From Acaryochloris marina MBIC11017 (GTDB taxonomy: Bacteria > Cyanobacteriota > Cyanobacteriia > Thermosynechococcales > Thermosynechococcaceae), in contig NC_009932.1 in NCBI RefSeq assembly GCF_000018105.1, positions 90,001 through 122,000 of the forward strand: 32,000 nt of DNA. The letters run 5' to 3'. Shown piece by piece: positions 15,520 through 23,091 of this stretch. The notes under the pieces were generated by a model, which saw only the letters and a program-made list of their open reading frames with translations, was not told where the DNA came from and did no database searches. A program made the position numbers and the translations under genes. Each line of letters starts with the position of its first letter. Position 1 is the stretch's first letter.

Positions 15520-16062
15520 ATGCCATTACTAAACATACATTATCGAACAACGCTCGACCCTCTCACTGACCCCGACCATGCAGAAAAAGCCCTTAACGAA
15601 ATTAAGAAGTTCTGGGTCCTAAACGTACAATCTGATTTAGACAGTATCGAGACTGCATTTAAAGAAGAATTTCCCACTTACAAAATTTTTCTGCCTGATG
15701 TAGACCATTTGAAGCTTGCTCACCCGATCCCCGAGAAAAAAACGTTAGAGTACCAAAACTCTTTCGAGTACATCTCTAAGAATTATCTGGAGACTTACAC
15801 CGATACATACGACAAAAGCGAGTATCCTGATTTAATCCCTTGGGATGAGCAGTTTGCTTGGGACGGTAGTTATAACAGGAAGCCAGTAACCCATCCCCTT
15901 CATAAATACCCCCAGTGGGATAAGCTAGCCCTTTTAGTCGATGACGAGGAAGGCAAGGCTAACGATATATTTTTGAGAGGTCTTTTTGAGCAGGTGCTCC
16001 CCTGTTTAGATGATGAGGGTAATCCGCAATTTAAGGGTGATGACTACCATATTCTAGGGTAA
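15520..16062 (+). CDS. hypothetical, strongly acidic protein, 180 aa
   Basis: ORF with many D/E and few K/R residues. No motif recognised. Confidence 0.5.
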   Translation: MPLLNIHYRTTLDPLTDPDHAEKALNEIKKFWVLNVQSDLDSIETAFKEEFPTYKIFLPDVDHLKLAHPIPEKKTLEYQNSFEYISKNYLETYTDTYDKSEYPDLIPWDEQFAWDGSYNRKPVTHPLHKYPQWDKLALLVDDEEGKANDIFLRGLFEQVLPCLDDEGNPQFKGDDYHILG

Positions 16063-16149
16063 GGCCCAAGAGTGAGAGGGTTGTCTCTCACCAGGATTTT
16101 GAACCCTTGGCAAATGTGGTCTTTGTAATATCAAAGCTATATCTCTGGT

Positions 16150-16276
16150 GATGTGCCGTTTTGAGTGTGAGTTATTGGTATTGGGGTTTGCGATCGCACT
16201 CCAAAACCAATTCCCGATATCGTACCTATTAATTCACTCAAGTTTTTAGATTCCCTGTGGATTTTGTATTACCTAT
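16150..16276 (+). repeat. intergenic cassette copy B (orphan): gene-tail relic, HIP1-centred hairpin, box 1 and box 2
   Basis: GATGTGCCGTTTTGAGT (16150-16166) duplicates the 3' end of ORF 14475..15380. In ATTGGTATTGGGGTTTGCGATCGCACTCCAAAACCAAT the octamer GCGATCGC lies at 16190-16197. TACCTATTAATTCACTCA lies at 16223-16240 and CTGTGGATTTTGTATTACCTAT at 16255-16276. Confidence 0.7.
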
Positions 16277-16571
16277 ATCTGGAGACTGAACCAGGTCAGC
16301 AAAAACTATAAACCTGGATCGACTCTTCGGCTCTCTCAATCTCGCCAACACCATCCTTAACGGTGATTTCTCTGGGTTTGAGCTAGGCATCTTTTGCACA
16401 TGCAATTGCAGGCAGGTATTACTGTTAGCAGGTTTCCAAATAGATGAGGTAGAAAATGTTCGTGGAATACTTAAGCCTTTGAGTTGTCAATCCTCCAGCA
16501 TGAATAGCTCAAACAAGGTACACAACAAGGTAGTCTCTTTGGCAGGGTGTTGTGCTGGCCAAGGTTGAAGA

Positions 16572-16958
16572 TTGATGGAAGTCGTCCACCATTTGCAAGG
16601 CAACTTGGAAATCATCGTATCTTTTTTAGAAGTGGTACTGGAAACAGTAGCGGCTTTTTGCATTGTGTTGGGCCTGCTCGTGAGCATCAAGCTCTCAGTT
16701 GCTCTGCGCCGCCGTCGCAATAGTATTCAATTCCCCCTGGGGCGATTGAGGTTAACCTTTGGCCGATGGTTGGCGTTAGCCCTTGAGTTTCAATTGGGGG
16801 CAGATGTCTTAGCCACAACCGTAGCCCCAACGTTTGAGGCGTTAGGGAAACTGGGTGCTATCGCCATCATTCGTACCTTTCTCAACTACTTTCTGAACAA
16901 AGAGCTGATCGAGGTCTTTGAGATGCAAAAACACTTAGATGAAGACGAGACTAATTGA
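16572..16958 (+). CDS. small integral membrane protein, 128 aa; resembles the DUF1622 family from memory (unverified)
   Basis: There are hydrophobic helices and the motif ALALEFQLGADVLATTV...IAIIRTFLNYFL. The start is TTG 16572 or ATG 16575. Confidence 0.5.
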   Translation: MMEVVHHLQGNLEIIVSFLEVVLETVAAFCIVLGLLVSIKLSVALRRRRNSIQFPLGRLRLTFGRWLALALEFQLGADVLATTVAPTFEALGKLGAIAIIRTFLNYFLNKELIEVFEMQKHLDEDETN

Positions 16959-17290
16959 TCCAACTCCGATTAATAAGACCTGGATGCTAGATGGATAATT
17001 CAAAATTCGTAAGGATAGTTCAGAATCGTTGTTTTAGGAGGGCCACGATACCCCAAACAGCGATAATCCCATGCTTGAAATGCTGCTTAGGAAGCTCTGC
17101 AATCCTTCTGATGAAATACCGTTGAATGATTTTGAAGCTCTAAAATCTCAGATTCTGCAGGGGATTTATGTTGCCTAATACATCGTCAAGACTGAATTTT
17201 AGGGTGAGAATCTCTGGTAAGTCTTATTATGAAAGCCTTCTGAAGATTGTCTACCCTAATTTTTTAGCTTGACGCTGCACTGAGTAAAAT

Positions 17291-17387
17291 TTTCGAGGTT
17301 CGGGATTAGGGCTGGTATTCGGAAATGAGATCGCAACTCACGATTAAGCCTTATCTTTCATTTTCTCGATAGAATTCATATTGCCTA
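17291..17387 (+). repeat. intergenic cassette copy E (degenerate arm plus box 2), upstream of the kinase-like gene
   Basis: TTTCGAGGTTCGGGATTAGGGCTGGTATTCGG...GATCGCAACTC is followed by CTTTCATTTTCTCGATAGAATTCATATTGCCTA (17355-17387). The GGTTCGGGATTAGGG stretch resembles the 3' end of ORF 22409..22651. Confidence 0.45.
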
Positions 17388-17624
17388 GCTACTCTGACTA
17401 GGTCACTGAACCTCTTGAAGATAAGTTTTAAGTTATTTCAAGCCCAATGCGAAATATCCCGGAATATGATCCATTCGTTTGATATTGGGTAAGCTTGAAT
17501 GTTAGTTGATCGCCCCCACCTCTAAAAATGCCATCTTGTTCATTTCGAGTGGTGCGTCATCATCTGGTGTTATTGGGTGACTGGGTCAAGACTTGATTGG
17601 TAAGAGTGTCTTCAAAATAAAGCT

Positions 17625-18473
17625 GTGATGCTTATTCAGAATCAGTATCGAATCATCAAGCAACTTGGTGAGCAAAACGGTGGAATCACTTATTTAGCGG
17701 AGGATTTGCATCACCCCTCTAAACAGCTCTGTGTGGTCAAACAAACGAAACCGTTTGTCTTGAATCCTACGGTTAATCAGAGGACTCCTAAACAAATCAA
17801 ATTAGTTCAAGAGAGATTGAACCAAGAAGCGGTAAGCCTTGTGGAGGTTAGTAGCGAAAATGACCAAATCTCTAAGTTATATACCTGCTTCGAAAAAGAA
17901 GGACAATTCTATTGGGTTCGTGAATGGATTGAAGGCCAATCATTAGCTAAATGGGAATATCCTGTAGAACCAGGCATAATCATAGAAATTTTATGTCAGA
18001 CCTTGCTTGCATTGGACTCCCTCCACAGTCAACGCATCCTGCATTTGAATCTGAAGCCAAGCAATATCATCTGGCGAAAAGGAGACAGTAAGGTTGTACT
18101 GACTGATTTTGGAGTTTTTAAAGAAATCACCAGCCTCTTGAACCTTCATGATGAACCTGGCCCCCGTATTGTCCCGTTTAGCTACAGGTCTCCCGAGCAA
18201 TCCAAGGGCAGTAGAACGGGGCCTTTTAGCGACTACTATAGTCTTGGTTTAACCATGATCATCCTAATGATAGGGAATTCTTTTAACCAGTTCGAACAGG
18301 AATTTCACTTTTATGGGGAAGTGAGTTGGCGTCAATATGTACCAGAGATCAACCCTGTGCTAGCTGATATCCTCGAACGAGCGATTCACTATGATCCAGG
18401 GCAGCGGTTCGTCACAGCCCGTGAAATGCTGGTGGCTCTGCAGGAGGTTCCCGTTGAACCTTCCACCATGTAA
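17625..18473 (+). CDS. Hanks-type kinase-like protein lacking the catalytic Asp (predicted pseudokinase or atypical kinase), 282 aa, no other domain
   Basis: The kinase fold is recognisable: CVVKQ (VAIK-like Lys), QEA (helix C Glu), LTDFG and SPEQ. The catalytic loop reads HLNLKPSN instead of HRDLKPxN (Asn codon at 18048-18050). The Gly loop is degenerate (GEQNGG). Confidence 0.8.
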   Translation: MMLIQNQYRIIKQLGEQNGGITYLAEDLHHPSKQLCVVKQTKPFVLNPTVNQRTPKQIKLVQERLNQEAVSLVEVSSENDQISKLYTCFEKEGQFYWVREWIEGQSLAKWEYPVEPGIIIEILCQTLLALDSLHSQRILHLNLKPSNIIWRKGDSKVVLTDFGVFKEITSLLNLHDEPGPRIVPFSYRSPEQSKGSRTGPFSDYYSLGLTMIILMIGNSFNQFEQEFHFYGEVSWRQYVPEINPVLADILERAIHYDPGQRFVTAREMLVALQEVPVEPSTM

Positions 18474-19939
18474 GAATCTTCGTTGCTAGAATGCCCCATA
18501 ATGCCGGGTTGTCTGTTCCCGGTTCTGGCCTTGGTCGTGGTCTTCTGGGAAAATGACCTCAGTGATAGGTAATCCTAGCCGTAAAACTTGGTGGCGAAGT
18601 TGGAGGATGTAGTCTGCGGTCCTCCCGGTGAGGGTGATCATGGTGGGGTGGGGTAGTTAGCTGCATAGTATCAATTGAGTATTTAGGAGTTTGACTAGTA
18701 CTAAGCAGAACTTGGTTGGTACTTTTTGAAATCTTCTAACAGAACAGTTGTAAGCCAAGAGAAGATTCTGACCTGTCATTCAAGTCAGCCAAATTGAGCG
18801 GAAAATCCCCCCTGATTTGAACCATACATATCCCCACAGTTTCCTCAAAGTTAATGGATAACTTGATAGAGAGTCAGTTCATGACTCTATCGTATGAATG
18901 ATCAAATTCCTGTTAAACAGATCCACTCCCCTAGAGTCGCTGATGAGCTTTAGGGGAGTGTTCACTGAGATATTCTGAGGTTTACATACCATCTCAATTG
19001 GTGATGGAAGACTCCTAAGTTAACACATAGGTGCCTGAGATAATTCTTGTGTGTTTTGCTTTATCTTTGTCCTAAGAGCTGGCTTCATATCATACCTATA
19101 GACTCTATTTGCCCAAGGTTAAAAAGTATTCTCGTGGTGATGTAGAGGATTGATAAAATTATTTTAAATGGATAAATTAAGGCTCTAATAGGAGGATTAG
19201 CCTCAAACACTTGTCAGATTGAGAATCTACAGATTGCTATATGTAAAAGAATATTGAGTGATTACTCTTATAATTTTTTACTTTTACTAATCACTAAAAT
19301 ATAACAACTATAATTCTGGTAATATTCATAGAAAGTTTATAGACTCCATTTTTACTCACTCTAAAAGAAAAAGACTAAAGTACAACCGTGATTAAAGCTC
19401 AGTAAATGAATCATGGTCTACATTGATAGACCTGATTAGCCTGTGCTCATTTCTATCCTTAAAATCGCTAAATCATTTGATTGAAGATTCTACTAGCATC
19501 TAGCTTAAACATCTATAGCTAGATTATGTAGGAGTCTAAGAAAATGATTTCTTCAAGCGTTTAGGTCTGTGTGAGCAATAGATTAATGATAGTATTTGCT
19601 GTCTATCAGTGTTATTGAAGATTCCTCTCTATAACAGTGAGATAATAGTTATCATTAGACTTCTCTTAAGCAACCGCCTAGAGATGCTGTAATTGTATTC
19701 AGCATTCTCTTAGACAATAGAATATTTTCGTAATTATCCTTGTTGAGAAGGATATTTCACCATAGGCTATTCGCTTTCAGTAAAAACCTTTTTTTGCCAC
19801 AGCCTTATGAATTTTAACTGGACTATTTCTGTAGAAGGATAGTTTTAATTTTTATATTCCTTGGTGTCTGTTCTTTTTAGTTATTCAGTTTCGTTCGCTC
19901 TCTTGTTTATATCTGATTAATAGGAAGGAATTTATTCAT

Positions 19940-20383
19940 ATGCGACTATTCATCCGCCGCTTTGCTTTATTAACCTTAGTAGTAGCAAGTTGTTTAAGTT
20001 TGATGGGTTGGTTACAACCTGTTAGTGCTCTGGATATCCAAGGGCAATCCAACTCACCAGGTCTCCTGGCTGCTGCTTACCGTAATCCCGTAGATGCCAA
20101 ACTCGAAACGGACTATGGCCAAAAAATCGACTTGAATAATACGAATGTCATTGCCTTTAGCCAATATAAGGGACTTTATCCCACTATTGCGGGTAAAGTG
20201 GTTCAGAATGCACCCTATAGCAGTGTAGAAGAAGTATTAAATATTGATGGTTTAACTGAACCTCAAAAGAAATTGTTGCAGCAGCACATGGGTGACTTTA
20301 CGGTAACTGACCCAGATCCAGCTTTAGTCGGAGGTCAAGACCGCTATAACACAGGGGCTTATTACCCTGTCCGTCGTTCCTAA
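19940..20383 (+). CDS. psbU: photosystem II 12-kDa extrinsic protein PsbU precursor
   Basis: A signal peptide ([30 protein letters not shown]) is followed by the hallmark PsbU sequence [63 protein letters not shown]...FTVT...LVGGQDRYN. Confidence 0.9.
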   Translation: MRLFIRRFALLTLVVASCLSLMGWLQPVSALDIQGQSNSPGLLAAAYRNPVDAKLETDYGQKIDLNNTNVIAFSQYKGLYPTIAGKVVQNAPYSSVEEVLNIDGLTEPQKKLLQQHMGDFTVTDPDPALVGGQDRYNTGAYYPVRRS

Positions 20384-20388
20384 GTTCT

Positions 20389-20426
20389 CTATAGGGATGG
20401 AATATGCTGCGATTCCATCCCTATAG
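20389..20426 (+). terminator. perfect 15-bp hairpin just after psbU (terminator or RNA-stabilising stem-loop; no T-run)
   Basis: CTATAGGGATGGAAT (20389-20403), an 8-nt loop, then ATTCCATCCCTATAG (20412-20426). Confidence 0.5.
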
Positions 20427-20528
20427 CGGCAAGGCCATGAACATTAAGAAGTAGTTTATAAGTCAGTCAATCCCAGGCTTGAAATAACTGATTTAACCCT
20501 TTGTGTCCAACAATTGGGTCCATCCACC

Positions 20529-21731
20529 ATGAAAAATTTTTTGGGCCAACTTTGGAATTCAATCTTCCATCGATTCACCTTATTGGTTGTCGGTATTATT
20601 TTTTCCTGGGGTGTCATGTCGATGGGCTGGCTAAACAATGATGTAGGAATTGGCTGGGCTGCTCTGCCTCAAGGGGATGCGTTCACTAATCCCATGAGTA
20701 TATTGAGGCTTGCTTTGCCTGTTGATAGCCAAGCTATTCATACTATTCATCAATATCTAGAAGAGATGCCACCTCAACTAGATGATCCCACAGCGCGGAT
20801 GCAACCCAAACAATGGTCTGAGGTGGGAAATCAGATATCAAAAGCAATTAAAACGTTTAATCGAGAAGCTTCAGACCTTCTTTCTGATATTCCCACTCCC
20901 TATCGGCCTCAAGCTTTAGTCCGCATGAATCAAATCAACGCAGCACTAGCCGATCTCAAAATATTGTCTGACGAGCAAAGTAAAGACCTATTCGTAGCTA
21001 AACGAACACAGGCTTGGAACTCTATCGATTTGTTAGCGGCTTCTATGGTGCCAGAATATTCTGTCAACATACCCGAGGACTATCAAACGCTACCGCAGCT
21101 CAATGGTCGAGCAGTTGTTGCCCTCGACACTAGCAAGGGACCCATCACTATCATGGTGGATGGCTATAACGCTCCAATCACCGCTGGTAATTTCCTAGAT
21201 CTTGTTCAGCGAGAGTTCTACGATGACCTCACGTTTACTCGTGAAGATGAGGCTTATGTGGTACAGACGGGGAATCCAGAAGGTCCCCAAGCGGGATTTA
21301 TTGATCCTGATACAGGGCAATATCGCTCTATTCCTTTGGAGGTAATGGTCAAAGGGGACTCTGAAGCTGTTTATGGGGCTACTTTAGAAGAGCTAGGTTT
21401 ATCGTTGTCTGAACCAGTCCTTCCTTTTTCTGCCTATGGGACTGTCGCCATGGGACATCCACAGGGCGACCCTAACGGTGGCTCGTCTCAATTTTTCTTT
21501 CACTTGTTTGAGCCTGATTTGACTCCTGCTGGATTAAACCTTCTAGATGGCCGCTACGCTGTTTTTGGATACGTGATTGCGGGCCAAGAGGTCTTAGCTC
21601 AATTACAGCAAGGTGACCTTCTACGTTCAGCTAAGGTGGTTGATATCTCTCCACCAAACGCCTTCACTTTCCGGTATCTAGATTGGATCCTTGTTCAAAG
21701 ACTTAGTAGCAGTTTAAAGGGCATGGCTTGA
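20529..21731 (+). CDS. cyclophilin-type peptidyl-prolyl isomerase with an N-terminal anchor/signal and helical domain (TLP40/CYP38-like lumenal PPIase)
   Basis: The C-terminal cyclophilin motifs are GRAVVALDTSKGPITIMVDGYNAPITAGNFLDLV...FYDDLTF.R...YVVQTGNP...GTVAMGHP..DPNGGSSQFFF...LDGRYAVFGYV. The N-terminal hydrophobic segment is FTLLVVGIIFSWGVMSMGW. ATG 20529 is preferred over the track's TTG 20514. Confidence 0.85.
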   Translation: MKNFLGQLWNSIFHRFTLLVVGIIFSWGVMSMGWLNNDVGIGWAALPQGDAFTNPMSILRLALPVDSQAIHTIHQYLEEMPPQLDDPTARMQPKQWSEVGNQISKAIKTFNREASDLLSDIPTPYRPQALVRMNQINAALADLKILSDEQSKDLFVAKRTQAWNSIDLLAASMVPEYSVNIPEDYQTLPQLNGRAVVALDTSKGPITIMVDGYNAPITAGNFLDLVQREFYDDLTFTREDEAYVVQTGNPEGPQAGFIDPDTGQYRSIPLEVMVKGDSEAVYGATLEELGLSLSEPVLPFSAYGTVAMGHPQGDPNGGSSQFFFHLFEPDLTPAGLNLLDGRYAVFGYVIAGQEVLAQLQQGDLLRSAKVVDISPPNAFTFRYLDWILVQRLSSSLKGMA

Positions 21732-21770
21732 ACTGCTGCAAATCGAATGACTGATTCAAATTGGCCCCTA

Positions 21771-22067
21771 CTATAAATGCAAACCCCACTCACAGACTAC
21801 TTGGCTGAACCCCTCGAAGCCAATCTCTCGGATCCATACCTTAGAGAATTGCCCCAAGCTTTTTCCTGGAGTCATCAGGCTTTCAAAGCCCTCACTGAGT
21901 TGGACAATGAATCCCTGCCTCCATCGGTCCCAATCGGTTTGCTTGGGATAGTCAATCTCGTCACAGTACTCGGTCCAGCTTTCTTGTTGAAACTCGGAAG
22001 CACATAAAGAAGTTCCTTTCTCTTGCACCTGTGTGAGTAAATCCAGGATGGTCTGTGAGTTATCCAT
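21771..22067 (-). CDS. hypothetical protein, 98 aa
   Basis: ORF with GGAGAAA upstream of the ATG. The composition is protein-like (W/E/Q-rich). No motif recognised. Confidence 0.4.
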   Translation of the reverse strand: MDNSQTILDLLTQVQEKGTSLCASEFQQESWTEYCDEIDYPKQTDWDRWRQGFIVQLSEGFESLMTPGKSLGQFSKVWIREIGFEGFSQVVCEWGLHL

Positions 22068-22408
22068 AAATTTCTCCTGGTATAGCGACTAGAAACATTG
22101 GATAGATCCGCTCAGCGTTCTCTGCCCTCTCTCGCTGAGGAACAGCCCCGTTAGCGAGTTGGAAGAGGTTTAGACTTCCTGATATATCCCGAGTGCATCG
22201 TCTGGAGGGTGGGTATTGATTGCCCCCACCGATGGGCTATGGACCTGATTAGTGCAGAGGATTGAGGGTTGTAGAGAAGTCCCTCTCATCCATGTCAATA
22301 ATATATCTAATTTTCCTATGCAGTGCGAGGGAAATTCAATCACTATAATTTATTTGTCTGAGGGGAGGTATAAGCAGATCCTAGTGTGATAGCATTGGCT
22401 CAAATCCC

Positions 22409-22651
22409 ATGCATTTCAGGGTATGGATAGAGACAATGAGTGGACATAAAACGAAACCCCTATCCCCTTTATTTAAGGCTCAGCGCTTTAAACCAGAGGG
22501 GGACGAACCCCGAACGGCTCAGGTGACGTTCAGACTGGATCAGCGGCTCAAGGATGCCATTGTGGAGCACGTGGATAATCAGTCTGAGTGGATGCGGATG
22601 GTCCTTGCCCAAGCGGCGAAAGAACAAGGGTGGTTACGGGATTGGGATTAG
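22409..22651 (+). CDS. ribbon-helix-helix (CopG/Arc-like) DNA-binding protein candidate
   Basis: The C-terminal half AQVTFRLDQRLKDAIVEHVDNQSEWMRMVLAQAAKE fits a strand-helix-helix layout. An internal ATG at 22436 is an alternative start. It is followed directly by a half copy of the intergenic cassette. Confidence 0.5.
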   Translation: MHFRVWIETMSGHKTKPLSPLFKAQRFKPEGDEPRTAQVTFRLDQRLKDAIVEHVDNQSEWMRMVLAQAAKEQGWLRDWD

Positions 22652-22683
22652 GGTGTTTTTGGGGTGGAGTTGGCTGCGATCGG
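22652..22683 (+). repeat. intergenic cassette copy F (5' arm only)
   Basis: GGTGTTTTTGGGGTGGAGTTGGCTGCGATCGG starts immediately after the stop at 22651. The 3' arm and both boxes are absent. The IS21-family element lies about 100-280 bp downstream (its left end is unresolved). Confidence 0.4.
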
Positions 22684-23091
22684 ATCTGTGATACTTGTTC
22701 ATAGGAATTAGGTGAATCTTGTTGGTAAGGGCAGCCCTAGACTGAATTTTCAGATTTATTTTCTATGGATTTCTTGTAGATAGATAATCCTGCGGAAGAG
22801 AGCTGAATGAGGAACAGACTACCCGGAAACCGATAGTGCTTAAGTGATGCTCAGATTTGATGCTTATTCGTGAAGCAGAGCGGCAATTCCTCAGATTATT
22901 AGACGACAATCGAGCTGACGGATTAATGACGATGTCACGTCGGCTATAGCTATGAAGAAACCAGGCATCCCCTGAGAAGGATAAAACTAGATCTCAATTC
23001 CCTAGAAATGATGTGTGAGATCGCGTTTCTAGAATTCAATCTCAAGAAAAAAGACACTTTTTACATCCCTAATCAATAGAGGGCTGTACAA

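Noticed and set aside
17071-17178. 35-aa + strand ORF (MLEMLLRKLCNPSDEIPLNDFEALKSQILQGIYVA)
   Set aside because: The only SD-like sequence (AGGAGGG) is about 27 nt upstream, which is too far. It is too short to judge and has no partner or motif.
13496-17387. Integron attC / gene-cassette interpretation of the intergenic hairpins
   Set aside because: There is no IntI-type integrase or attI in the window. The hairpins lack the R''/R' GTTRRRY-type core sites, and conserved boxes follow the hairpin. The idea is kept only as a remote alternative within the cassette finding.
17507-17521. Motif TTGATYGCCCCCACC shared between 17507-17521 and 22216-22230
   Set aside because: Matches of about 13-14 nt are within chance expectation for all-versus-all comparison of a 32-kb window, and the flanks do not align.
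18486-18641. 51-aa minus-strand ORF (MITLTGRTADYILQLRHQVLRLGLPITEVIFPEDHDQGQNREQTTRHYGAF) convergent with the kinase-like gene
   Set aside because: It has no SD-like sequence upstream (C-rich context), no recognisable motif, and is below the size where coding can be argued from composition alone.
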